Source: a virus
Taxonomy: Duplodnaviria; Caudoviricetes
Length of the DNA stretch: 64,000 nt
IMG/VR virus record: IMGVR_UViG_3300001525_000272
Coordinates: 1 to 64,000 of that record
Strand: one strand, 5' to 3'
The position numbers were made by a program, and so were the translations under genes. This document shows positions 1-11,000 of this stretch, one piece after another. Numbering within the stretch: the stretch's first letter is position 1; every line of letters starts with the position of its first letter. The notes under the pieces were generated by a model. It saw only the letters and a program-made list of their open reading frames with translations, was not told the origin of the DNA and ran no database searches.

Positions 1-1584
1 AAGGCCGATAAGTCTTATGTAGATAATAACTTCATTAAGTCAACAGATGTGTCTACTACTTATGCAACCAAGACTGAGTTAACAGATGGTCTTTCTGCTA
101 AAGCAGATACAACATCTGTAACTGATTCTATAGCTAAAGTAAATGCTAGTATTATTTCTGGTGATAATGATACTCTTAAAAAAGCAAAAGAGTATACTGA
201 TACATTAGTATCTGGAACTTATAGAGTACAACCATCAGTTGAAACATATGATGATCTTCCTAATACTGATAATGTTATTGGTGATGTAAGAGAAGTAAGA
301 TCTGGTACTTATGCTGGTGCTAATTTTGTTTGGGTCAATGATAGAGAAATTCTTAGATGGGATAAACTCAGTGAAACACTTGATCTTAGTGGGAAGCAAG
401 ATGTTGATACTGCTGTAACTCATGATAAGAATACCCAGGTTGGTGATTCAGCAACTCCAGTTTTCGTTCAAAGTAACGGTAAAACTTCAACAATTAATAA
501 AGATACTGTTGTAACTAAAAATAGTGTTAACTTAGTTACTTCTGGTGCTGTATTTGATAGTCTTGAGAATAGAGTTACTACTGATACATTAACTACTGAA
601 CTTAATAAAAAGGCTAATGTTGGTGTTTCTTATACAAAAGAAGAAGAAGATATTAATCTTAAGCTTAAGGCCGATAAGTCTTATGTAGTTAATCAGCTTG
701 ATTTGAAAGCTAATGTAGCCGATGTATATTTGAAGGATGATATAACTGATCTTCTTTCTGGAAAGGCTGATAGATCAACTACTTATACAACAACAAAGGT
801 TGACGAATTACTTGGTGATAAAGCTGATAAATCTTCTGTATTTACAAAAGATGAGATTAATGGTAAATTAGATCTTAAAGCTAATTCTTCTGATGTTTAT
901 AATAAGACCACAACTGATACTAATATTGAAACTGCAAGGACTAATGCAATAGTTGAATCCAAGAAGTATGCTCATGAGCAGGATGATGAATATCTTAAGA
1001 CAGCAAATACTATAGCTCATGGTTATGCAGATACAGCAAAAGAAGAAGCAGTTACAACTAGTAAGGCTTATACGGATACTCAGATTGCAGCTATAAAGAA
1101 TAGACATTATGATATCAAGACTATTCTTCCTGATGAAGATGATCCCACTTATTATACTATTTTTGATTATGCTACTAACAATATTGATCTTAATGGTATA
1201 ACCGGAAAAATTTATATCTATCTTCCCGTTACTACTAGTGCTTTGATTGGAAAAGCAAGAGAGCTTATTGTAAATATATCAAATAGAAGTATTGATACTT
1301 GTGAGATTTATTTTGTAACTCGTAATGGTGAAGCAGCAGAATTTAGAGATGGTGGAATATTAGAAACAATTAAATTCAAGAAAGAAGTGTTCTCTCTTAG
1401 ATTCCAAGAATATGATGTATCTAAATTCTTAGTTGATGAAGTTGGTGTTGGTGATACTATCAACAATGACAAGATCAATATTACTGCTGATCAAGTAACT
1501 ATTCTTGATAGTGATAATGGTACAAAATATAAATTTGAGATTGTTAAAGGTCAGCTCAAAGTCGTTCCTGTGACAACATTATAA
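1..1584 (+). CDS. Tail fibre / minor tail protein, 5'-truncated by window edge
   Basis: Frame 1 is open from base 1 (KADKSYVDNNFIKSTD...), upstream of the track's GTG at 49. Tandem KA(D/N)K/S..Y.K.EI...L repeats typical of fibre shafts; C-terminal ILDSDNGTKYKFEIVKGQLKV-type tip motif. Confidence 0.7.
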   Translation, partial: KADKSYVDNNFIKSTDVSTTYATKTELTDGLSAKADTTSVTDSIAKVNASIISGDNDTLKKAKEYTDTLVSGTYRVQPSVETYDDLPNTDNVIGDVREVRSGTYAGANFVWVNDREILRWDKLSETLDLSGKQDVDTAVTHDKNTQVGDSATPVFVQSNGKTSTINKDTVVTKNSVNLVTSGAVFDSLENRVTTDTLTTELNKKANVGVSYTKEEEDINLKLKADKSYVVNQLDLKANVADVYLKDDITDLLSGKADRSTTYTTTKVDELLGDKADKSSVFTKDEINGKLDLKANSSDVYNKTTTDTNIETARTNAIVESKKYAHEQDDEYLKTANTIAHGYADTAKEEAVTTSKAYTDTQIAAIKNRHYDIKTILPDEDDPTYYTIFDYATNNIDLNGITGKIYIYLPVTTSALIGKARELIVNISNRSIDTCEIYFVTRNGEAAEFRDGGILETIKFKKEVFSLRFQEYDVSKFLVDEVGVGDTINNDKINITADQVTILDSDNGTKYKFEIVKGQLKVVPVTTL

Positions 1585-1592
1585 AATAATGG

Positions 1593-2111
1593 GTGAGGAT
1601 TATAAACATGTTATACATTACTAACATATTAAGATATCCATATACAGGAAGTCTTGAATCTAGTTTAGATGCACCAGTTAAGTTTGATAAGGAATTTATC
1701 CCAAATCAAACTTACAAATGGATCTTTAGTAGAGCCCTTAATGAAACTCCCGGTGGTAATATTGTTGATTTTAATAAAGAGAAACAAATTATTATGTTTA
1801 ATGGTTTGTTTGAAAATGTTGATAAAAAGTATCTCAAACTTGAATTTGATATTAGAGTTAGATTCTCAAACAATGTAGATATTTCTCTTTGTAAATCAAA
1901 GGTTACAAGTACTAATATTCACAATATAATCAATAAAAGACTTAAACTTATTGATTGTCAATTGAATGAATTTATCTTTCAACCTTACAGAGATATAATT
2001 TACTTAACATTAAATATTAGAAACAATCTTGATAAAACAGATCAGAATCCAATTAAGTTAAAATTTGAAACTCTTGGATTTGATTTATTATCAACACCAT
2101 TAACAAAATAA
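1593..2111 (+). CDS. Hypothetical protein (virion region)
   Basis: 172-aa ORF packed between two fibre genes; in-frame ATG at 1608 is an alternative start; no recognisable motif. Confidence 0.6.
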   Translation: MRIINMLYITNILRYPYTGSLESSLDAPVKFDKEFIPNQTYKWIFSRALNETPGGNIVDFNKEKQIIMFNGLFENVDKKYLKLEFDIRVRFSNNVDISLCKSKVTSTNIHNIINKRLKLIDCQLNEFIFQPYRDIIYLTLNIRNNLDKTDQNPIKLKFETLGFDLLSTPLTK

Positions 2112-2135
2112 AAATTTTAAAGGAAATAATATACT

Positions 2136-5100
2136 ATGAGTGATACAGCAACAACCGAGAAATATATCATTTCTAATGAAAATCTTGGAAATGGTTTTGA
2201 TTTTGATGATTCTGCTAAAGTTGTAACTCCAAAAATAAATTCTGATGATCAGATAATCACTGTTAATGAAAGTGGTATTAAGGCAAATCTTGAGCTTACT
2301 TTTAATAGTGATGATAATACTCTTGTTTTAAAAGGCAAGGGTGAAGGCGAAAAACAACAAGAAATTTCTAGTGTGGATCTCGGTAATCTTCATTATGAAA
2401 GCGGTACTGGTATCACAATTAGTGACAAGAATGAAATAGGAATTGATGATGATGTAGTGGTAACTAATAAAATTGTTGATACAACATTTAATTTTGGTGA
2501 TGGTGGTGCTGCTGGTGATAAATTTGGTGCAGTTAAATATTGTAAACTTGGTAGAGGTTTTCTGCCACATTCAATAATTAAATCAGTTTCTGTATATTCT
2601 TCTGATTCAGTTCAACAAGGTGGCGAAAAGAAGTTAGTTTTATGGCTTCTTGATAATACTAATACTTTAAATGATACGCATTGTAAATTTCTTGCTGTTT
2701 CAACTAATACCCAAACACAAGTAGTAAATTCATATTCAAAATGGGAATTTAAAGATGTTGAAATTCCATATGATTCATATTTGATTATACAGGGTGTTCC
2801 AGCAACACAGATTCCTGATGAATCTTGGACTTGGTCATCAAAAGGAACTAGTTTTAATGTTCTTTCTGTAAAATCAAAAAAAGCAACTAATGGTTGTGTA
2901 ATTTGGGTTAATTCGAGTTTTGATCATGAAGCAAAATGTTTAATAGATTGTACTGTAATATATCCAGAGATTGAATCTGCTACATTTACAAAAGATGTTC
3001 CTGCATCATATCAAGCAGAATGTACAGATGCAGAGAAAACAGCATATAAGAATTTAGATAATAATGTAGTATCTTATGGTATGATTAAGTATTATCTGGA
3101 TAAGAAGCTGAATGATGAGAGACTTATTCTTAATGGTGAGAATACTAACAAAACAATTTCTCTTGATAATACAGCAAATTACAAAACATTAAATTTTAAC
3201 GAATATAAATACTATGAAGATAGTGTTCAGTTCATTCTTATTCCAGCAGAGAAATTAGAGTATTGTACCGTTTGCGCATTTACGAAATATGCATATTCAA
3301 CATCTGACAAAATCAACTTAGTTCTTTGGTTGCATGATACTAATAGTAATGACTTTAATAATACTACTTGTAAGTTCATGGGTTATTCTGATTATGCAAT
3401 GGCTCAGACCGCTTCTACAAGAACTCAATGGCAATTTACTGGTGGTGGTAGTTCATTTGGTTATGAACTTCCAAATGGTTATGATTTGATTGTTCAGGGT
3501 GTTCCTGAATCTGTAACTCCTGATTCTACTTGGACATGGAGTTCAAAAGGTCTTGCGTATTCTACTCTTTCAATATTATTTACAGATGGTACGGACGAGA
3601 AGAGTTGTTTTGCAAAAGATAATGGATTATCTTATGGTATAACTAATACTTGTAATATTACTATATATCCAAAAACCAAGATAACTGTAACAAATTCAAA
3701 TATTAATTTTAATGGTTCTGGTAATGTTGATGTTTCAGCTATTGATTCTGCTTACAAATATAGTTCTAAAGGTATTGCAACTGTTATAAAGAATGCTGCT
3801 GTAAATACTGCTGTATCAGAAGCTATAACAAAAGCAGATTCAAAATATGTACCAAAAACTACAAAGATTAATGATAAGGAATTATCTGGTGATATTAAAT
3901 TGACTGGTACTGATATTGTTGCTAATCCATCTGTAAGTTCAAAGAATGTTAGTGATTTTACGTCACAAGTAACTGATACTTTGACAACATATCAGAGTTT
4001 TGGAAGTGGTGCCGCTGATAAGAATTATAGCAAATGTTATTATGCAGCAATTCCGGTGACTGGTGATAATCTTAACTTTGAAAACAAACCAATAGATACA
4101 ATAACTATTTCTGCTGCTGATTCGGTTAGTGATACAGGAAATAAGAAACTTGTAATATGGAAAATAAAACCAGTAATTGGTGATAATTGGACTGATTCAG
4201 ATGTAACTTTTGTTGGTGTTTCTAATGATGCACAAAAACAGGAAGCTAATAAAGACACAACATGGCATTTTAATAATCTGAAATTCTATGGTGGAATCAT
4301 TGTACAAGCTGTACCAGAAGATACTGTTGTTGATGACACATGGACTTTTGCAGATAAGAAAACCAATTATGAATTATTATCTGTTAAAGCACAAAGTACT
4401 ACTTTAGCTGGATATATAGTTTTCTCGTCAGTAATTCTTGAAACAGATTGTATCTTTAATTGTAAAATTGGATATTTTGATGTAGGTGTCAGAACTATTA
4501 ATAATAAAGTTCCTTTTAACGGGAATCTTGATTTAACTGCTTCTGATGTTGGAGCTTATAGTACATATGCTGATGATCTTGATTTTAACGATCGTGTTTC
4601 TATTGTAAAAGCATTAGAAGTAAAAGGAGATAATTTAGTAATTACAACAGGAAAAACAAAAATTGGTGGTAGTGATATAACTTTTGGTGAAAATACTGAA
4701 ATAAACAATGATACTAATGATATTTATATAACTGGAACTGGTGATGTTAATATACAAAAAGGAAAATTATACATAGCCGGTGATAATGTTGTTGATCATT
4801 TAAATATTTTAGATGGTTTTGTAGAAACTAATACTACTAATATTAATAATCTCACAACTAACGTAAATAATCATTTAATAACATCAAATCCTCATAATAT
4901 AACAGCAAGTACAGTTAATGCTTATACCAAGACTGAAGCTGATAATAAATTTATAAAATCTGAAGATACTGTTTCAATTGGTACCGATTCAAAGATTATA
5001 TCTGTTATCGGAACACTAAATGAAACTGGTATAGCTATTGGTAAAAAAGCAACTTCTACTTCAGAAGGTATATCTATCGGAAGCGAAGCTAGTTCAGATA

Positions 5101-6437
5101 ATGGATCAATTGCTATAGGTCACAAAGCTTCTGCACCCAATAAAAATAGTATTACTTTTGCTACTGGTAAAAATTTACCACATCCTGGTGGTGATAATAC
5201 ATTTAATATTCCGACACCTGATCCGGATCATTTTTACTTTAATGCAAAATTACCAACTGCAGAGGATATAGAAAGCGGAATAGAAACTTATCCAAAAACC
5301 CTTCAAAGTTATATAGATGAAGTTAATAATGTTTCAGAATATGATAATAAAGATTCATTCCCAACAACTGGTGAATCCGGAAAAATCTATGTAGCAAAAG
5401 ATACAAATCTTCTTTATCGTTGGGATGGAACAGCATATGTAGAAGTTTCACCATCTATCAAAACTGGTACTACTTGTGGTACTGCTTATGATGGTGCTTG
5501 TGGTAATAATAATTATTGTGCCATAACTGACTTGCAAAGTTGGAAAGATAGAGTAGTTTGTGGTGGAAATACTGCTCTTGGATGTGGTGCTACTCTTGGT
5601 ACTGATGGTTATAGTGTAACAATTGGTGCTTGTGCTTGTGCTTCTTGTGGTGTGGCAGTTGGAAATAGTGCTTGTTCTAATTGGGGTACTGCAATAGGAT
5701 GGTCTGCAAAAGCAACATATGATGGAACTGCAGTAGGATACACTACATATGCTACTACATATGGAACTGCAATTGGTGAACATGCTAATGCGCATTATGG
5801 TATTGCAATTGGTGTATATTCAGATACCGGATGCGGTCTTGGTTGTGATAATTATGGAAGAATATCATTTGGTGTTTCCGGATGTAATTATACTTACTGC
5901 TCATTCACTATGGACTTCACTGACTTCAAGAATGCTCTGACTAACGGTGGTGGATCTTGTGGTAATATTGTTACAGAATATTCAGATTCGTGTGATAATA
6001 TTACATCATTGAAAGTTGGTTCTACTGCAAGTGTAGCAATTTGTGGTTATTCATATCCATTATCAGTATCTGTTGGACCATGTTCTGTTGCATATATTGC
6101 AAGTGTTTCTGTTGGTTACTGTGCACAATCACAACATTATAATGGTTGTGGTGTTAACTATGGTGGTGTTGCTGTAGGTGCTAATTCATCAGCATATAAA
6201 GGAAGTGTTGCTATTGGTTACTGTTCATGTTCGTGGGGTTGTATGGGATATGGTGGTGTTGCTATTGGTACTAGAGCTTCTGCCACTGGTGGTATTGCAA
6301 TTGGTTGTAGTGCATCAGCTGATATTGATCAAATATCTTTTTCTAATGGTGTAAAACAAGTAAGAATTACATTCAATGATTTTGCAGCACTTCTTGCTGC
6401 AAATGGTGGTACAATAGAAGATGTTTCTGTTTCTTGA
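2136..6437 (+). CDS. Long tail fibre / adhesin with three internal beta-domain repeats and YadA-like head repeats
   Basis: Three copies of LV(L/I)W...F(L/M/V)(A/G)xS...QxxxxxxxW.F...IxQ(G/A)VP...W(T)...LS; common fibre motifs NPHNIT and FPTTGESGKIYVAKDTNLLYRWDGTAYVE; many (A/S)IAIG/AVG repeats at the C-terminus. Confidence 0.8.
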   Translation: MSDTATTEKYIISNENLGNGFDFDDSAKVVTPKINSDDQIITVNESGIKANLELTFNSDDNTLVLKGKGEGEKQQEISSVDLGNLHYESGTGITISDKNEIGIDDDVVVTNKIVDTTFNFGDGGAAGDKFGAVKYCKLGRGFLPHSIIKSVSVYSSDSVQQGGEKKLVLWLLDNTNTLNDTHCKFLAVSTNTQTQVVNSYSKWEFKDVEIPYDSYLIIQGVPATQIPDESWTWSSKGTSFNVLSVKSKKATNGCVIWVNSSFDHEAKCLIDCTVIYPEIESATFTKDVPASYQAECTDAEKTAYKNLDNNVVSYGMIKYYLDKKLNDERLILNGENTNKTISLDNTANYKTLNFNEYKYYEDSVQFILIPAEKLEYCTVCAFTKYAYSTSDKINLVLWLHDTNSNDFNNTTCKFMGYSDYAMAQTASTRTQWQFTGGGSSFGYELPNGYDLIVQGVPESVTPDSTWTWSSKGLAYSTLSILFTDGTDEKSCFAKDNGLSYGITNTCNITIYPKTKITVTNSNINFNGSGNVDVSAIDSAYKYSSKGIATVIKNAAVNTAVSEAITKADSKYVPKTTKINDKELSGDIKLTGTDIVANPSVSSKNVSDFTSQVTDTLTTYQSFGSGAADKNYSKCYYAAIPVTGDNLNFENKPIDTITISAADSVSDTGNKKLVIWKIKPVIGDNWTDSDVTFVGVSNDAQKQEANKDTTWHFNNLKFYGGIIVQAVPEDTVVDDTWTFADKKTNYELLSVKAQSTTLAGYIVFSSVILETDCIFNCKIGYFDVGVRTINNKVPFNGNLDLTASDVGAYSTYADDLDFNDRVSIVKALEVKGDNLVITTGKTKIGGSDITFGENTEINNDTNDIYITGTGDVNIQKGKLYIAGDNVVDHLNILDGFVETNTTNINNLTTNVNNHLITSNPHNITASTVNAYTKTEADNKFIKSEDTVSIGTDSKIISVIGTLNETGIAIGKKATSTSEGISIGSEASSDNGSIAIGHKASAPNKNSITFATGKNLPHPGGDNTFNIPTPDPDHFYFNAKLPTAEDIESGIETYPKTLQSYIDEVNNVSEYDNKDSFPTTGESGKIYVAKDTNLLYRWDGTAYVEVSPSIKTGTTCGTAYDGACGNNNYCAITDLQSWKDRVVCGGNTALGCGATLGTDGYSVTIGACACASCGVAVGNSACSNWGTAIGWSAKATYDGTAVGYTTYATTYGTAIGEHANAHYGIAIGVYSDTGCGLGCDNYGRISFGVSGCNYTYCSFTMDFTDFKNALTNGGGSCGNIVTEYSDSCDNITSLKVGSTASVAICGYSYPLSVSVGPCSVAYIASVSVGYCAQSQHYNGCGVNYGGVAVGANSSAYKGSVAIGYCSCSWGCMGYGGVAIGTRASATGGIAIGCSASADIDQISFSNGVKQVRITFNDFAALLAANGGTIEDVSVS

Positions 6438-6484
6438 TAATCTAATAAAATAAACTAACACAAATTCAAAACTTATATAAACTC

Positions 6485-7360
6485 ATGAAATCTATCTGTA
6501 TTGTTGTTATTGGTCGGAATGATATAGCTCACTTAAATAGAAGTCTTGTTACTGCTGCAAAACAATGCGAATCAATTGGTGAACATTGTCGTGTATTATA
6601 TGCGGATGATGCATCAGATGATGGATCTGCAGATTTTGCTGAAGCAATAGCTGTAAAACATCCAAGTATTAGTATATACAAATCACCAATTCAAAGAAAT
6701 ATTGGTGGTATTCGTAATGCAGCAGTAGCTTATCTATCTTCATTGGGTGATAAATCACCAGATTATATATGGTTACATGATTCCGATGATTTTATTACTG
6801 ATAATGCTTTATCCAGGGTACTTGATGCATTGGAAAAGAATAATTATCCAGATGGGTTATCTGTTCCCATTTATACAATGAGAAATCCAAAAGCTCAAAT
6901 TCCAGATTGTTCTGTAATAATGAAATCTATTGAAGATGCTCCAATGGGACCAGTTGGAGAATGGTCTATTGTGTTTCGTAGACCTCTTTATGTTCCAAAT
7001 CCAGAAAATCAAGCATGTGAAGATGCTCCGTGGCATTATGAACAGTTTGATAGATTTTCTACTTGGGGAAAAGTAGAAGGTCCAGAACCCTGTTATATAT
7101 GGGATTGTACAAATCCAAATGCAATAACAAGAACTGTTGAATATTGTTCAAATCATTCATTCACAATTCTTGCAGCTGCTTGTGAAAATGTTCTCATTAA
7201 TGCCAATAAGAATGATCGTTGGGTATCAGATAATCTTAGAAATATTGCAAACATGTATGATGTTCGTAATCGAATTACAAAACCCAATGTTCGTGCTGCA
7301 TGGTTGGCAAGATTTAAAACAGAAGTTTTGAATTTTAGTAGTGGCTTTCATGTTCATTGA
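6485..7360 (+). CDS. GT-A fold (family 2-like) glycosyltransferase
   Basis: N-terminal ICIVVIGRN, YADDASDDGS, RNIGGIRNAAV and WLHDSDD (DxD) match the GT2 nucleotide-sugar binding pattern. Confidence 0.8.
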   Translation: MKSICIVVIGRNDIAHLNRSLVTAAKQCESIGEHCRVLYADDASDDGSADFAEAIAVKHPSISIYKSPIQRNIGGIRNAAVAYLSSLGDKSPDYIWLHDSDDFITDNALSRVLDALEKNNYPDGLSVPIYTMRNPKAQIPDCSVIMKSIEDAPMGPVGEWSIVFRRPLYVPNPENQACEDAPWHYEQFDRFSTWGKVEGPEPCYIWDCTNPNAITRTVEYCSNHSFTILAAACENVLINANKNDRWVSDNLRNIANMYDVRNRITKPNVRAAWLARFKTEVLNFSSGFHVH

Positions 7361-7486
7361 GTTATCTGATTGTATTAATCTTTGTTTTAAAGAAATATAT
7401 TATTTAACTTGATAATTCAAAAAGAAAGTTCACGAAATGTATAAAATTGTTTGGGAAAAATACAAAAACTAAAAAGGAATCTGAAT

Positions 7487-7963
7487 ATGGATGACCAAAA
7501 ATATGATTCAACTGTTAATTATTCTGGTAAGTGGTGTCTTTACCAACCAACACCATCAAGTTTAATCATTTGTATTTTTATAATTGAAAAGAAAGATGGT
7601 TTTATTAAATTTGTATATGAAAGAACTCCCAATGATATAGAATATCGTGAAGAAAGTTATTTTAAAAAATGTGAGTTGTTTACAATAAGTCCATTTGAAA
7701 ATAGTAAACCTTCTATTGTAAATGACGATTCTTCTAAAACAAAAGTTGCTACATGTAGTTATGGACATACCACTAATGAAAATTACAGTAAAATGAAAGT
7801 GCTTGAATGTAGGTATGGACGTACTATAGAAAATTATAGAGATTGTTACCATCTCAAAAATGGTTATTGTAGATGTTGTATTTTGACATCATCTCCTCCG
7901 CAATATGAAGCTTGTTCATTTAGAAATGATTTACCCAGATACGAATATTGTGATAAAGTTTGA
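7487..7963 (+). CDS. Hypothetical Cys-rich protein
   Basis: ATG at 7487 preferred over TTG at 7451; internal tandem KVxxCxYGxTxxENY repeat and C-terminal C-x7-CxCC-x11-C cluster. Confidence 0.55.
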   Translation: MDDQKYDSTVNYSGKWCLYQPTPSSLIICIFIIEKKDGFIKFVYERTPNDIEYREESYFKKCELFTISPFENSKPSIVNDDSSKTKVATCSYGHTTNENYSKMKVLECRYGRTIENYRDCYHLKNGYCRCCILTSSPPQYEACSFRNDLPRYEYCDKV

Positions 7964-8000
7964 TGATATCAATTAAACTATTTGATATTTTGAATACTCG

Positions 8001-8015
8001 GAACAAATTCTAAAT
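8001..8015 (+). promoter_or_regulatory. Putative phage late promoter (GAACAAATTCTAAAT)
   Basis: Intergenic, 56 nt upstream of the 3178-aa gene; one of six GAAC[A/T]AA copies upstream of structural genes. Confidence 0.55.
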
Positions 8016-8056
8016 ATTTTTAATGATTCTTTTTTATCCGAGTAGGAATTTTTTCG

Positions 8057-11000
8057 ATGATAGCAACAGTAGACAGTTTTATTCGAATCTTTAAGTTTTA
8101 CCAACAGAATACGTTGGCAAGCATTGAAGAAAAGTTTAAAGCAAATACTTTAAGATATGAAGATACTGTAGATGTTTATCTGAATTCTTTAGTTCTTGAT
8201 AAAGCTACCCAGTTATCATATAATAGTGACTCTTCTACCATTCAAATTGCTTTGGATGCTAGAAAGAAAATGTCTACTTATTTTAAACATGTATTGTATC
8301 CTGGTTCTTATGCTTTTAATACCAGAGATAATGCAAGTTTTAGAAAGATGATCCTTGACTGGACATCTACTATCAAAACTATTCAAAATTCATCAAAACA
8401 ACTTACTGATGTTTATTCTTTATCAAGTGAAGATATTGATAAAGCACTGAGAGGTTTTGGTGCAAGTTTTATAAATCATTCAAGTTTACCTTCATTGGAG
8501 AAACGTAAGAGTTTTCTCTTAAATCTTTGTGATCTCTATTCTATTAAGGGATCTTCTGATTCCGTAATTAGAGCATTGAAAATTGTAGGTCTCACTAATA
8601 TCTATATTAGAGAAGGTTGGTTATTTAAAACCGACAATAATGACTTAAAATTTCAATGGAAGATTCAGAAATCAAAGAATAGTTTCAATGATGAAACTTT
8701 ATCATATGAAGATACTGATACTCTTGATGATTTAATTTTTGATTGGAATTGGTTTGAAGAAAAGATTGCAGAAGGTTCTACTCATTATGATGATCACTGG
8801 ATGTATACTAAAGATGAAATTCTTGAGATAGAAAATAATACATCCAATTATATCAAGTTGCCATCAATCACTCCATACTTTGGCATTGAGTTCGTTACCG
8901 AGAGTGATACTCAAACTGATACAACAGAAACTATTACTCATGAATTGGATCAGCAGTTTAAAAGATATCTTCAAAATCAAGATAAGTTGAGTGATAGATG
9001 TATTGATATCAATAACTTTGATGATAGACTTAGTCTTCTTGAATGTTATATAGGACTTGTATACTCCTTAATTAGATTTGATGATCATTTCTTATATGAG
9101 AATTTCAAATCATATCTTGAAAAATCCGAATATCGGGATATCCCGGATGCAACTACAAAGTATTCATACTTTGAATTAGTTTATTGGTTTTATAGAGTAA
9201 AGATAGCAGAAAAGTTAATATCTGGAGATCTTAGTAAAATCAATGAAGCGGAAGTTGCAAAAGCTGTACTGAAGAATTATATACCACTCAAATCTGTTGA
9301 TTATTGTAATTATCAACAATTAATGAGGTGGTGGCTTACAAGTGATTATATTGAAAGTGAAAAGAAAACACTGGATATTCTTTATATAAAGCCAATTAAG
9401 ACCAATGACTATGCTGGCTATGTAGAACTTCAGTGGGATTCGCCATTTGATATAGGTAAATGTGATATCGAATGTTATTCATCAAGTAGAGTCAGTGATA
9501 CAAGTGATGGTTGGATGGTAATTGAGAAAGGAATCAATTGTACCCAATCTACAATGAAGAAGATTGTATCAATTGAAGATGTCGATGAATATGGTGCAAA
9601 TGTAAATTACTTTAGAATTGTATATTATCATACTTTATCCAACATTCCAAGTGTTTTCTTTGAAGCACCATTCTATTTTGATTATAAAAATAGTGATTCT
9701 TATCTTGATAGAATTATTAGATACAATGGTATAACTTTGGGTTTATCATTATATAATGATGAAGAAATCAAGAATGCGTTTAAAAAGCAAAATATTCAAA
9801 TTACTACTTCAAATTATGATATAATTTCGAACTATAGATATTTACAGAATAGTATATTCAAAACAAGAGTTACTAATCTTGGTACTGATGTTTCTACATT
9901 CTATAGTAGTGCTTATAATTATCCATCCATTACTAAATTGTATGAAGACAAATGGATGAATATCAATAATGATTTCTTTAATTATGTTGATTGGTCAATT
10001 AAAGATTTCACTGATACTCAAAAACATGTAGGTATATTCCCAAATCCAAGAAATATATGGATATCTGATGATAAATCCAGAACCTTTACAAAGAAATGGC
10101 CAGTAAATTATAAATGGAATTGGGCAATTGATAATAGATATTATTATATCTGTTATGAAGCAAATAAGTGGTGCAGAATAAAGATTGATAAATTTGTAGA
10201 TATTGAACCGTCTACACTTGTCGGTAGCACCAATAATAGTATAACATATGGAGATAAGGTATTTGTAGATAATACTCTTTATGTATATGTAGCAAATAAT
10301 AAGTTTGCCAAGATTTTGAATTCTGAATATAATTGGGGTGTTTTGGATTGTAATGTCCTTCCCAATGGAAAAATTAAAGTCGATTCATTCCTCTTTAGAG
10401 ATATAGCAGTAGCAAAGATTGAAGATAAGAATATTCTTTCTTATATAAGAATTGATTGTAATTATAATGAAAGTACCAATATAAGAGAAGAAGCCACCAA
10501 AGTTCTTAAAACTATTAGAATTGAAGTTCTCAAGGATCCATATTCCAATACCAATTCCATTAGTTCTTATACATATGAAGATTTCTTAAAATATCTTTAT
10601 GCTACTAGATTGACTATTGATCTTGATACTGGTTATATTTATCCTGTATTTTATCATTATAAAGACAATGATAGAATTTGTTTTAAGTGTAAAACAACTG
10701 GTGGTGACGGAAATGAAAAATGGGTAAGAATAGTACCAGAATATGACTGGGATCTTACTTTGACAGAAAATAGTGATGGTACTTATACAGCAGTTGATGG
10801 TGAAGAAACATATACTTTGAGTACTATATATAGTGACTGGGAATACACAAGAACTGTAGATAGTAAAGGTAATGTTACTATTACAAAAACTTCAAATGGT
10901 GTAAACCTCGGTTATCTGTTCCCACTTTGTACTTTCCCAAATAGATATGATTCATTGAGATTTCTTGACGGTCCTGTATTTAATTCTTATGATGAATTAA

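Noticed and set aside
5470-6310. Possible diversity-generating retroelement target in the Cys-rich fibre tip
   Set aside because: No reverse transcriptase and no near-identical template/variable repeat pair differing at adenines was seen in the window.
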